The notes: a model not told the origin generated them from the letters alone. Numbered from the stretch's first letter, positions 29,004 to 37,865 are shown. The stretch: 64,000 bases of DNA from Kiritimatiellia bacterium (GCA_051884805.1 JBJEWA010000030.1:238-64237); one strand, 5' to 3'. Made by a program: numbers and translations.

Positions 29004-29010
29004 TATACCA
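29002..29010 (-). promoter_or_regulatory. extended -10 box TGGTATAAT overlapping the first ATG of the channel ORF
   Basis: Minus strand reads TGGTATAATGTCGTCAATTATGGC. Confidence 0.45.
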
Positions 29011-29112
29011 TATTTCAGAATGTAACGCCGCCGATCGAGTGATCATCAGCGTTTTGGACACGGCAACGACAAGAAGCACGCCGCGGCAAATCCCGACGGG
29101 CGAAACTTAGCG

Positions 29113-29135
29113 ACTATCCGCCTGTTTACTATCCG
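29113..29135. repeat. direct doublet ACTATCCG-N7-ACTATCCG, the inverse of the 22222-22249 doublet
   Basis: CTATCCG at 29114-29120 and 29129-29135 (15-bp period) is the reverse complement of CGGATAG. Confidence 0.9.
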
Positions 29136-29175
29136 AAAGCTCGTTTACTTCTGGACGCAACGACGCGCCGTGCGC

Positions 29176-30153
29176 CTACGGCGCGGAATCCGCCGGGATC
29201 GAGGCGACGACTGCCTCGATCTCGGCCAGTGTGCGGACGGCGTTGAACTTCGCCCGCAGCGCAGCCGCGCCCGGACGGCCGTTGAAATAGCGGAAGAGAT
29301 GCACGTGCGCCTTGACGGACGCAAAGCCGTCCGGCGACGGAATGTGGTCGGCGGGGTAGCGCTCCGCCAGCAGGTCGCGGAACTGCAGCAGATAGGCGAG
29401 ATGGCGGCCGAAGAACCGCAGGTCCGGAAGTCCGGGGGCGCGGCGTTCCCTGAGCGCGCGGAAGATCGCGGGATTGGCGAGCGCGGCACGGCCGACCATG
29501 ACGGCGGCGACGCCGGTTCGCGCCATCGCCGCGGCGGTCGGCGCATCGACGACGGAGCCGTTCCCGGTCACGGGAATCTTCGCGCGCCGCACGATCTCGG
29601 CCAGCGTCTCCAGGTCGACGGGACCGCCGTGCAGCTGCGACGTATGGCGCGCATGGACAATCAGCCCCTTCGCGCCGGCGCTCTCGGCGGCGTCCAGAAG
29701 CTCGAAGACGTTCGTCCGCCGTGGATGCGGTCCGAGGCGGGTCTTCAGCGTCACCGGCAGGGAGGTGTGTTCGGTCATCGCCCTGAGCAGGCGGCCGACC
29801 TTCGCCGGATCCTCGATCAGCTTCGCGCCCGCCCCTTCCCGCGTGACCTTGGCCATCGGACATCCGGCGTTCAGGTTGAGTTCGACAAAGGGATGGGGCT
29901 TGCGCGACAGGACCTCGCGCTCGATGAGGTCGGCCGCCGCCGCGACGTCCGTCTCCTTCGCGCCGAAGAGCTGCAGCGCGACCGGCCCTTCGCCGGGCAT
30001 CGTCTCCATCAGGTGGCGGGTCGGGGAGGAGCCGTGGGCCAGGCCGGCGGCGGAGACCATCTCGGTGTAGGTCAGGTCCGCCCCGCCCTCGAAGCACAGG
30101 CGGCGGAACGGCGCGTCGGTAAAGCCAGCCAGCGGCGCGAGGACGTATCTCAT
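29176..30153 (-). CDS. dus: tRNA-dihydrouridine synthase
   Basis: The internal ATG gives MRYVLAPLAGFTDAPFRRLC...LNAGCP...HARH. ATGA overlap with the upstream stop. Confidence 0.85.
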   Translation of the reverse strand: MRYVLAPLAGFTDAPFRRLCFEGGADLTYTEMVSAAGLAHGSSPTRHLMETMPGEGPVALQLFGAKETDVAAAADLIEREVLSRKPHPFVELNLNAGCPMAKVTREGAGAKLIEDPAKVGRLLRAMTEHTSLPVTLKTRLGPHPRRTNVFELLDAAESAGAKGLIVHARHTSQLHGGPVDLETLAEIVRRAKIPVTGNGSVVDAPTAAAMARTGVAAVMVGRAALANPAIFRALRERRAPGLPDLRFFGRHLAYLLQFRDLLAERYPADHIPSPDGFASVKAHVHLFRYFNGRPGAAALRAKFNAVRTLAEIEAVVASIPADSAP

Positions 30154-31724
30154 TGCCGCGCCGCCGCCTTTGCCGGCTGCGCGACCGGCGACGGCAGCAC
30201 CGTCAGGAGCGGGTCGGAATACGGCGCTTGCGGATCCATGCGGGCGAACGAGACGTAGCTCGGCGCCCCCCACCCGGTCTTCGCGTTGCGCCCGAAGACG
30301 GAGATGTCCACGCGGTTCGTCGGCGACATGGCCCGGCGGTCGATGACGATCCGCGCGGCATTCGGCGCCGTCCGTTCGATCTTGACGTCAACGCCCTGTC
30401 CGTGCGTCTGCACGAACGCGTACTCCTCGGCGCCTTTCGCCGTGATGTCGAACGTGCGCACCGTATCCTCCGCCCGCAGGACGAACGCCCAGGCGAAGAC
30501 GGTGCCGTAAGTCAGCTCGGGCTGGGTCGAGGGCGTCTTCACCGGTCCGGGAGTGACGGAAACCGCCACCAGCGGCGGCACGGCGTCCGCCGTCAGCGCC
30601 CGCGCCGCCGCCACCAGCCGGTTGGTCTCGACGCCGCCGGGCGGCAGGGCCGTCGGGTGCGCCCGTGCGCTCGTGTAGTCCGCCTCCGAGCGGACGCCCC
30701 TGAGCGACTTGCGAATCAGCGTCTGCACCGTCGGCGCCAGCATTCCGCGCGCGACAATCGTTTCCTTGACCTTGCGGTCGAGCGACCGGGAGACTTCCAG
30801 CGCCGCCCGCAGGTACGGCAGGTCCGACCAGCTCCGCCCGGCCGTCGTCATCCAGTACGGCGCAATCGAGGCGAAGACGTCGCCGTTGGTTCCGACCGGC
30901 GCGGTGTCGGCGTTGGACGGGAAGACCCACGTCTGGTTCGAGAGATAGAGCTTCGCCATCAGGCCGAGCCGGGGGGACTCCCCCGTCAGCAACGCGCGCG
31001 AAAGCGACCGCCAGTACGGACCGTGCGTCATCGCCAGCGACGCGTTGCCGAAGGCAGGATAGGGAAAGACGATGTTCGGAATGCTCATGTGCATCATCCG
31101 GTTCGTTCCCTCGCTGTCCAGCGTCACCCGCGTCAGCCCCGGAAACTCGTCGCGCCGCAGGGCCGAATGGTTGTTGTCGCGGTTCATGTAGAGGTCGCCG
31201 ACGCTCCGCCCGGACGAGCCGGCGACCAGCTGCATCTTCGCCACGAAACAGCCGACGTCGAAGTCCCACCCGAGATTCTGCTCGCCCAGCGCGATCGGCT
31301 TGCCGAAGACGCCGGTCGCACTGATCGCCGAGTGCGGACCCGACAGCAGCGGCCGGGTCTGCATGAACGTGGCGTATTCGAGCAGTTCGCGGAACCGCCG
31401 CTCCTTGGACAGCCGCCGGAGATCCGTGTCCTTTTCGATGGCCTCCCGGTCGCGGAAGCCGAAGTCAATCGCCTTTTCGAGTTCGTCGAGCGCCTCGTCC
31501 GCGCGCTGGTCGAAATAGGCGAGCGAACAGGCCAGGTTGTAGTGCCAGGTCGGATCTTCCGGCAGCAGCTCCACGCCCCGGCGGCACGTCGCTTCCATCG
31601 TCGCCGTGTCGCCGGACCTGAGCGCCTCCAGAAACTGCCGGCGCAGCCGGTCGTGCGTCTGATGCCGCGCCGGATAGTCCCAGATGGACAGGACGGCCAG
31701 GACTGCAAGCAAGATCGCGTTCAT
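30150..31724 (-). CDS. membrane-anchored hypothetical protein with TPR-like N-terminal region
   Basis: N-terminal TM MNAILLAVLAVLSIW, then a helical-repeat-like segment. No family recognised for the remaining 400 aa or so. Confidence 0.6.
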   Translation of the reverse strand: MNAILLAVLAVLSIWDYPARHQTHDRLRRQFLEALRSGDTATMEATCRRGVELLPEDPTWHYNLACSLAYFDQRADEALDELEKAIDFGFRDREAIEKDTDLRRLSKERRFRELLEYATFMQTRPLLSGPHSAISATGVFGKPIALGEQNLGWDFDVGCFVAKMQLVAGSSGRSVGDLYMNRDNNHSALRRDEFPGLTRVTLDSEGTNRMMHMSIPNIVFPYPAFGNASLAMTHGPYWRSLSRALLTGESPRLGLMAKLYLSNQTWVFPSNADTAPVGTNGDVFASIAPYWMTTAGRSWSDLPYLRAALEVSRSLDRKVKETIVARGMLAPTVQTLIRKSLRGVRSEADYTSARAHPTALPPGGVETNRLVAAARALTADAVPPLVAVSVTPGPVKTPSTQPELTYGTVFAWAFVLRAEDTVRTFDITAKGAEEYAFVQTHGQGVDVKIERTAPNAARIVIDRRAMSPTNRVDISVFGRNAKTGWGAPSYVSFARMDPQAPYSDPLLTVLPSPVAQPAKAAARQ

Positions 31725-33115
31725 CGGCGAAAGCTCATCCAGCCGGGAAGTTTGACCTGCCTGGCCTCGCGGCTCTGGTTGGTGGAAACGGTCTCCGCGC
31801 TGCCGATCGACGGCGATTCCAGGGACGCCAGACGGGCCAGCAGCGCCTGCTGCTTCGTCGCCTGCTGCCGGCGAAGCTCCTCGTTCAGCTGGCGCTCGGC
31901 CAGCAGCTCCTTCTCGCGGACGGACAGCCGCTCGGTCAGGGCCACGACCTCCTGCCGGAGCTGGGTCACGTCCTTGAGCCCGGCCTCCGTCCGCAGGTTC
32001 TCGGCCTTGCTCTGACGCAACTTCTCGGTCAGCTCGCGAATCTTCGCCTCGCTGTCGAGCCGCGCCCGGTCGGACGCCCGGCGGAATTCCTCGAACTCCT
32101 TGCGGAGCTGCGCCGTCCGCGGATCCTCCGGACGGGCCAGCAGCGCCCGGCGCGTCATGTCCTCGATGTTGGCGCCCGAACGCTTGAGCAGTTCGTGACG
32201 GCGCTCGACCAGGCGGTCGGCCCGGTCCGCATAGCGCTTGCGCATGTCCTCAAACTCGCGCTTCTCGACTTCGATGACGCGGGCCAGCTCCTCCGCCTCG
32301 CCGGTGATGATCGAATGGACCGCCGCCTGGATTTCGGCCACCTCGCTGGCCGCCTGCGGCAGCCGCCGCAGCTCGTCCTCCAGATGCTTCACCTGCTCGA
32401 CGTACTTGCCCTCGCGGTCGGCGGCCTCCTGCAGTGCGGCCTCGCTCTTGTCAAGCCGCTCCTGCACCGCAGCGGCTTCCGCCCGCAGCGCGTTCTCCCG
32501 CCCGACTGCCGCCTTTGCCGCCTCCGACGCATTGCGGGAGGATGCGGTCAGGCATTCCTGCAGCTTCGCCGCATGGGCACGCTCTTCGGCCAGCAGCCCC
32601 TCAAGTTCCCTGACGCGCGTCTCGTCGATGACGACCTTCTCCACGATCCGCTCGACGGGGACTTCGACGCGGACTTCCTTTTCGACGATCTTCTCGACCG
32701 GGACTTCCTTGATCACCTCCCGTTCGACGACCCGCTCAACGGGGGCCTCGACCCGGGCCGCCCCCTCGTCGGAGGCAGGCGCTGGCGCGGGAGACGCCGA
32801 CGACTCGGACGGCTCCTCCGGGAACGGCTCCCGCGTCTCGACGATCGTCGCCGTCGGCGGCAGCCGCCCGCTCGCCAGCAGCGCCTCGGCCGCGGCCCGG
32901 TTGAACGGACCGCGCGGATTGCCGTCCCCGATGTCGATCGAAAAGCGCATGTCGAGAAACGGAACGTCTTCGACCCGCCGCCATTCGATGTTGTCGTCGG
33001 AGACCTCCTGCCCGGGCTGGATGCGCCCGAGCTTCGCCCACGCGACGAGCTTCGCCGCCGTCTCGGGGCCAAACGTCTCGTCCTGCGTCCGCAGGTACCA
33101 TGTGGCTTCGTTCAT
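31721..33115 (-). CDS. GYF_2 (DUF4339)-like domain protein with VEK repeats and a long coiled coil
   Basis: WYLRTQDETFGPETAAKLVAWAKLGRIQP...W, two GYF-like modules, VERVVEREVIKEVPVEKIVEKEVRVEVPVERIVEKVV, then about 300 aa of heptad-rich sequence. Confidence 0.7.
   Translation of the reverse strand: MNEATWYLRTQDETFGPETAAKLVAWAKLGRIQPGQEVSDDNIEWRRVEDVPFLDMRFSIDIGDGNPRGPFNRAAAEALLASGRLPPTATIVETREPFPEEPSESSASPAPAPASDEGAARVEAPVERVVEREVIKEVPVEKIVEKEVRVEVPVERIVEKVVIDETRVRELEGLLAEERAHAAKLQECLTASSRNASEAAKAAVGRENALRAEAAAVQERLDKSEAALQEAADREGKYVEQVKHLEDELRRLPQAASEVAEIQAAVHSIITGEAEELARVIEVEKREFEDMRKRYADRADRLVERRHELLKRSGANIEDMTRRALLARPEDPRTAQLRKEFEEFRRASDRARLDSEAKIRELTEKLRQSKAENLRTEAGLKDVTQLRQEVVALTERLSVREKELLAERQLNEELRRQQATKQQALLARLASLESPSIGSAETVSTNQSREARQVKLPGWMSFRR
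32630..32752. repeat. coding repeat block (VE[KR][IV]VEK units), near-identical at DNA level to part of 33304-33537
   Basis: 32641-32710 aligns nearly base for base with 33401-33470. Confidence 0.8.
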
Positions 33116-33858
33116 CGCTTCTTGTCCCCAAACAGATTAAAGCCCAGACCGCCCCGCCGAGCGTGGCGAAGCTCGTTTCTCGCCGCCGCCTCCAGGGCCG
33201 CGAGCCGGTTGCGCCCGACCCCCCGGAACGGAGACTCCGGCGACTTCGGCGGCATCTCGGCGACCGGCTCGACGACTTCGGCCACGACGATCTCCGTCCG
33301 CGCCGGCGGCGGGACCTCGACGATCTTCTCCACGATCTTCTCGACCGGGACCTCCTTGACGACGACCTTCTCGACGACTTTCTCGACGACCTTTTCCACA
33401 ATCCGCTCGACCGGGACTTCGACGCGGACTTCCTTTTCGACGATCTTTTCGACTGGAACTTCCTTGACGACGACCTTCTCCACGATCTTCTCGACCGGAA
33501 CCTCGACGCGGACTTCCTTTTCGACGATCTTCTCCACGGACGGCGGATCCTGATCGACCGCAAGCTCGTGCCGGCGATAGACCTTCGCCGTCGCCGGAAG
33601 CTCGCCCGACTGGGAAAGCCGGATGACGACGGCGCGGTTGAACGGACCGAAGACCTTGCCCGGCTCCAGCTCGACCAGCCAGGACATCCCGAGCTCCGGC
33701 ATCGTCTGCGCCGGCATCCAGGACTTCCGGTCGCGCGAAACGAAGGAGGCCGGCTCGATCCGGCCGTCTTGCGCCCACAGGGACATCGCGTCGACGCCCG
33801 CCGGCCCGTAGACCTTGCCGTCAGCCGTGCGAACGTACCAAACCTTCTCGCCAGTCAT
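33112..33858 (-). CDS. GYF_2 (DUF4339)-like domain protein with about 78 aa of EVPVEKIVEK tandem repeats
   Basis: WYVRTADGKVYGPAGVDAMSLWAQDGRI, a second module ELEPGKVFGPFNRAVV, then VEKIVEKEVRVEVPVEKIVEKVVVKEVP... repeats. Confidence 0.7.
   Translation of the reverse strand: MTGEKVWYVRTADGKVYGPAGVDAMSLWAQDGRIEPASFVSRDRKSWMPAQTMPELGMSWLVELEPGKVFGPFNRAVVIRLSQSGELPATAKVYRRHELAVDQDPPSVEKIVEKEVRVEVPVEKIVEKVVVKEVPVEKIVEKEVRVEVPVERIVEKVVEKVVEKVVVKEVPVEKIVEKIVEVPPPARTEIVVAEVVEPVAEMPPKSPESPFRGVGRNRLAALEAAARNELRHARRGGLGFNLFGDKKR
33304..33537. repeat. in-frame tandem repeats (14-aa period, about 42 nt) encoding VPVEKIVEKEVRVE-type units
   Basis: Read from both the translation and the DNA. Confidence 0.85.
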
Positions 33859-33865
33859 GTTCCGT

Positions 33866-33874
33866 ATTATATCA
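33866..33874 (-). promoter_or_regulatory. extended -10 box TGATATAAT, 7 nt upstream of the GYF gene ATG (leaderless-type)
   Basis: Minus strand reads TGATATAATacggaacATG. Confidence 0.5.
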
Positions 33875-33947
33875 AATCAAACGCCGGAACCGGAAGACGG
33901 TGCGGAACGGCGCCGCGCACGGACGGACGCACGCGACGCCACCGCGC

Positions 33948-35684
33948 CTAGGCGTGGCGGCGCATCTGGCGCGTCGTCGGCGGGTCGATCACCTCGGGCG
34001 TCAGGACGCCGGACTTCGCCGCCGTCTGACGGCGGATCAGCCACATCTGCACGATCGAAAAGACGTTCGACAGGAACCAGTAGAGCGACAGCGCCGACGG
34101 GAACGAGTAGAACATGACGAGCATCATCGCCGGCATCATCACCATCATCATCCGCTGCTGCCGCCGGTCGCCGCCCGATGGCGTGAAGTAGCTCTGCAGG
34201 GCCGTCGTCGCCGCCATCGCGATCGGCAGGAGGTTGAGCCCGCCGAACGGGAACCAGCTCGCGAAAAGCGCCTCCGGCTCGGAAAGGTCCGCAATCCAGA
34301 GGAACGGCGCGTAGCGCAGCTCGACCGCCGAACGGAGCACGTTGAACAGCGCGATGAACACCGGAATCTGAATCAGCATCGGCAGGCACGAGCTCGCCGG
34401 ATTCACCTTCTTCTCGCGGTAAAGCTGCCACGTCTCCTGCTGGAGCCGCTGCGGATTGTCCTTGTACTTGGCCTGGATCTCCTTCATCAGCGGCTGGATC
34501 TCCTGCATCTTCCGCATGCCCTCCGTCGACTTGTGCGTCAGCGGCCAGAAGACGAGCCGGACGAGAATCGTCAGCAGGATGATCGCGACGCCGAAGTTCG
34601 GAATCCAGCCGTTGAAGAGGTTGAGCACCCAGACCAGCGGATAGCAGAGCCAGCGCCACATGCCGAACTCCATCACGTCCCGCATGCCGAGGTCCCAGAG
34701 CAGCGCCTGCTTCTTCGGCCCGACGTAGAACGTCGCCGTGCGCTTCTGCGCGTCGGTGGCGAAATCGACCTTCGCCGTCACGCTCGCCGGACGGTAGCTT
34801 GCCGCCGTCATGTCGCGCCGGACGGTCGTCGTGAAGCCCGTGCTGGCGGCGCTGCAGCTCGCCAGCGCCGTCACGAAGAAGCGGTTCTTGACCGCCACCC
34901 ACGCCTGCCCGCCGGGATACGGCACCTCGACCTCCTCCGGCATGCCCGCCGCGCTCGTGGCGCCGCTGCAGCCGCCCGCCATGCCGCCGGCGAGATACGG
35001 CTTCAGCGGCGAATCGCCATCGCCGTGGTGGATGACGCCCGGCTTGCCCTTGCCCGCGTCGAGCGCCAGCGAATCGACCGAAAGCAGCTCGTTCTTCGAG
35101 TCGCCCATGTGCATCGCGCCGAGCGACATCGGCCCGCTGAGGCCATCGTCCGCAAAGTCGATCCGGTAGTCCGCGCGCAACGTGACCGTGCGCGTCGCCG
35201 CCCCTTTCCTGAACGTCACCGACTCCGCGTCCTGCGCCACGATGTCGAACGCCTCGACGGCGCCGGACGAGCCGAGCGGAGACGCCGCGAAGTCCAGGGC
35301 GACGGCCGGATTGTCGGCGGAAAGCGGCCCGCAGTCGCGGGCGAACCGCTTGAGCGTCACCTTCCTGACGCCCGCGCCCCAGCTCGTCAGCTCAAGCCGC
35401 ACGTCGTCGTTCTCCAGCGAGACGACCTGCTCGGGCACCGTCGGCTTCGTCGCCGTGGCCGGCGGCGCACTCGCCTGCCCGACTGCCGGCGCCGGGCTTC
35501 CCGCCGACACGGCAGCGCCGGCTCCCGCCGCCTCGCCGTTCCCCGCACCGGCCTCGGCCGCCCGCTCCGCCGCGGCGGCGGAGTTTCCCCCGTCATCCTG
35601 CCGAACCCGGCCCGTTTCGCTGAAGATGTACCAGGCCAACACCGCGCCCAGCACCAGACAAATGATCTTTTCCGCCTTGTTCAT
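33948..35684 (-). CDS. yidC: membrane protein insertase YidC
   Basis: N-terminal TM, large periplasmic domain, and a conserved C-terminal core: GWIPNFGVAIILLTILVRL...P...KMQEIQP. Confidence 0.9.
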   Translation of the reverse strand: MNKAEKIICLVLGAVLAWYIFSETGRVRQDDGGNSAAAAERAAEAGAGNGEAAGAGAAVSAGSPAPAVGQASAPPATATKPTVPEQVVSLENDDVRLELTSWGAGVRKVTLKRFARDCGPLSADNPAVALDFAASPLGSSGAVEAFDIVAQDAESVTFRKGAATRTVTLRADYRIDFADDGLSGPMSLGAMHMGDSKNELLSVDSLALDAGKGKPGVIHHGDGDSPLKPYLAGGMAGGCSGATSAAGMPEEVEVPYPGGQAWVAVKNRFFVTALASCSAASTGFTTTVRRDMTAASYRPASVTAKVDFATDAQKRTATFYVGPKKQALLWDLGMRDVMEFGMWRWLCYPLVWVLNLFNGWIPNFGVAIILLTILVRLVFWPLTHKSTEGMRKMQEIQPLMKEIQAKYKDNPQRLQQETWQLYREKKVNPASSCLPMLIQIPVFIALFNVLRSAVELRYAPFLWIADLSEPEALFASWFPFGGLNLLPIAMAATTALQSYFTPSGGDRRQQRMMMVMMPAMMLVMFYSFPSALSLYWFLSNVFSIVQMWLIRRQTAAKSGVLTPEVIDPPTTRQMRRHA

Positions 35685-35753
35685 TGCTCGTTCCCTGCTT
35701 CCAAATGCTTTCCGTAAGTCAACCTCGGACGATTCCGCCCGCCATCCCCGGCC

Positions 35754-36011
35754 TCACGCTTCAACCGCCCGCACGAAGTCGTTCCTCCACCGCCCCTTCG
35801 CCGGAACCGGATCATACCCGCTCTCGCCAAAGGGATGGCACCGCAGAATCCGCCACAGCCCCAGCAGCGTACCCTTGACCGCGCCGTGGACCCGGAGCGC
35901 CTCAATCATGTAATTGGAGCAACTCGGCTCGAACCGGCACGCGCCGCCGAGCATCGGGCCCAGGACGACCTGATAGCCCCTCACGAGCGCGATAAGCGCC
36001 TGACGCACCAT
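35754..36011 (-). CDS. yidD: membrane protein insertion efficiency factor YidD
   Basis: The internal ATG gives [34 protein letters not shown]...RCHPF. Confidence 0.85.
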   Translation of the reverse strand: MVRQALIALVRGYQVVLGPMLGGACRFEPSCSNYMIEALRVHGAVKGTLLGLWRILRCHPFGESGYDPVPAKGRWRNDFVRAVEA

Positions 36012-36313
36012 TTCATCTCCTCCATCACGTCGGCGCACTTCTTCGCGGCAATCGCGCGCCGGGCGATGAAGATCCATTCCGTCCCCGCCGGCATCTCGTC
36101 CGCCTTCACCAGCAGCCGGTACGCCTCGCGCATCAGCCGCTTGGCGCGATTCCGGTCCACCGCATCGTGAAAGCACTTCCGGGAAACAACGACGCCGGCC
36201 ATGCGGTCGGCGTCCGGTGCCTCCAGATGCCACGCAACGAGGAGACGCCCCTTGATGGAACGCCCCCGGTCGAAGATACGCCTGTATCTCGCCCCGGGGA
36301 GCCGCGTGGACAT
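35981..36313 (-). CDS. rnpA: ribonuclease P protein component
   Basis: Basic 110-aa protein with [13 protein letters not shown], positioned between rpmH and yidD. Confidence 0.85.
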   Translation of the reverse strand: MSTRLPGARYRRIFDRGRSIKGRLLVAWHLEAPDADRMAGVVVSRKCFHDAVDRNRAKRLMREAYRLLVKADEMPAGTEWIFIARRAIAAKKCADVMEEMKWCVRRLSRS

Positions 36314-36323
36314 TCTGTCGCCC

Positions 36324-36461
36324 TTAGACCTGCGTCAGGCGCTTGCGGCCCTTGGCGCGGCGGGCCGCGAGAACCTTACGGCCGCCCTTCGTCGCCTTGC
36401 GCGCACGATAACCGATTTTCCTTTTCCGCTTCAGCTTCGACGGCTGCCATGTCATCTTCAT
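36324..36461 (-). CDS. rpmH: 50S ribosomal protein L34
   Basis: Not in the track (45 aa). Hand translation: [45 protein letters not shown]. Confidence 0.9.
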   Translation of the reverse strand: MKMTWQPSKLKRKRKIGYRARKATKGGRKVLAARRAKGRKRLTQV

Positions 36462-36496
36462 GATCTTCTGTTCCTTTCAGACTGAAATTTCCGAAT

Positions 36497-36505
36497 ATTA
36501 TAGCA
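36497..36505 (-). promoter_or_regulatory. extended -10 box TGCTATAAT upstream of rpmH
   Basis: Minus strand reads TGCTATAAT, then a 35-nt leader with AAAGGAAC, then ATG. Confidence 0.5.
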
Positions 36506-36508
36506 AAA

Positions 36509-37153
36509 CTACGCCTCGGCTTTCAAGTGCCTCAGGAGTTCCTCAAACCGGTTGATGCGGACGGTGAAACGCGATTCTCCGAGCCGCCCGAAGCCAAAGG
36601 AGCAGAACGCGCCCTTCACGCCGGCATTGGCCGCACACTGCATGTCCGTCCAGCTGTCGCCGACCATCCAGTCCTGCGACGACAGGCGGTGTCCGCGCAG
36701 CCGGGCGGCGCATTCCCGGATCGACTGGGCGTCGGGCTTCAGCGGGATGCCGTCCCCGCCCGCCACGACCGCCGCGCCGAAGTAGCGCGTCAGGCCGAAC
36801 TGCTCCAAGATCGCCTTCACCGCGAAATTCGGCTTGTTGGTGTTGACGCCCAGCAGCCAGCCGCGGTCCCTCAGCTCGTCCAGCGTCCGGCGCACGTTCG
36901 GGTACGGCTGCACCGTCTCGCAGCAGTGTTCGGCATAGTGGCTCATGAACCGCTCCGTCAGCGCATCCCCGTAGGCCGCTTCCGGAATCGAATGTTCCAG
37001 GAGATGACGCGCACCCTGGCCCACGTGCGCAATGACCCGCTCCACCGGCCATTCGGGCAGCCCCAGGTCGCGGCGAGTGTGATTCACCGTCGCCGCCAGG
37101 TCGGCGCGGGTGTCGAAAAGCGTTCCGTCAAGATCGAAGAATACTGCTGGCAT
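36509..37153 (-). CDS. HAD-superfamily hydrolase (phosphoglycolate phosphatase-like)
   Basis: FFDLDGTLFDT motif I, NTNKP motif and GDSWTD motif. Confidence 0.8.
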   Translation of the reverse strand: MPAVFFDLDGTLFDTRADLAATVNHTRRDLGLPEWPVERVIAHVGQGARHLLEHSIPEAAYGDALTERFMSHYAEHCCETVQPYPNVRRTLDELRDRGWLLGVNTNKPNFAVKAILEQFGLTRYFGAAVVAGGDGIPLKPDAQSIRECAARLRGHRLSSQDWMVGDSWTDMQCAANAGVKGAFCSFGFGRLGESRFTVRINRFEELLRHLKAEA

Positions 37154-37865
37154 GGCTGCAAAGCGGGAAACGTGGCGCGGGCGACTCGAAGGCGAGCCAC
37201 TCGCCGGTGTGGGGGTGTTGGAAGCGCAGGCGGAGCGAATGCAGGCAGAGCCGGCCCGCCTTCCGGCCGCCGTACTTCACGTCGCCGACGACCGGATGCC
37301 CGGCCTCGCTGAAATGCACGCGGATCTGGTTCTTGCGACCGGACTTGAGCACCACTTCCACCAGCGTCGTTCCGGCTTCCGTCGCGAGCTTCCGCCACTC
37401 GGTGCGGGCGAACTTGGGCAGGCGGGTCCGCCGCGAGGCCGAAGGGCCGTGCGGCGGAGCGACGCGCGGGGAACGGGCGGGCGCACGGACGGAACGCACC
37501 CGGTAGCCGTCGGCGTCCTCCTGCAGCCAGCTCTCGAAGACCCCCTGCCCGGCGTTCAGCTCGCCTTCGACACGCGCAAGGTAGGTCTTCTCGGTCAGCT
37601 CGTTCCAGTTGGAGCGGAAGTGTTCGGCCACGTCCTCCGACTTGGCGAACATCATGACGCCGCCCGTCTCCCGGTCCAGCCGATGCACCAACCAGACGCG
37701 GGCGCGGCTGCGGATCTGCCCCTTGCGGACATAGTCGTTCAGCCACGCCTCGGCCGTGTTCGTCTCCTTCGCGCGCGTCTGCGTCGTCAGCATCCCGGCC
37801 GGCTTGTCAATCACCATCACGTCCCGGTCCTCGTACAGCAGCGGAAATGGCAGTCGGTTCTTCAT
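37128..37865 (-). CDS. RluA-family pseudouridine synthase
   Basis: VIDKPAGM, HRLDRETGGVMMFAKS and KTYLARV motifs. Confidence 0.85.
   Translation of the reverse strand: MKNRLPFPLLYEDRDVMVIDKPAGMLTTQTRAKETNTAEAWLNDYVRKGQIRSRARVWLVHRLDRETGGVMMFAKSEDVAEHFRSNWNELTEKTYLARVEGELNAGQGVFESWLQEDADGYRVRSVRAPARSPRVAPPHGPSASRRTRLPKFARTEWRKLATEAGTTLVEVVLKSGRKNQIRVHFSEAGHPVVGDVKYGGRKAGRLCLHSLRLRFQHPHTGEWLAFESPAPRFPLCSHASSILRS

Larger units (their letters stand above)
22222..29135. mobile_element. putative horizontally acquired low-G+C island of about 6.9 kb (K+ channel plus giant helicase-nuclease); no recombinase inside
   Basis: G+C drops visibly between the flanking repeat doublets. Inverted CGGATAG/CTATCCG doublets lie at both ends. 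High-G+C genes flank it on both sides. Confidence 0.4.

Noticed and set aside
29129-30097. 322-aa Arg-rich minus-strand ORF, and the 362-aa plus-strand ORF over dus
   Set aside because: They are frame shadows of the dihydrouridine synthase gene, with no motifs.
33304-33537. Regularly spaced repeats that might be mistaken for a CRISPR array or minisatellite
   Set aside because: The repeats are in frame inside a well-supported coding sequence, with a period of about 42 nt. There are no unique spacers and no cas genes.
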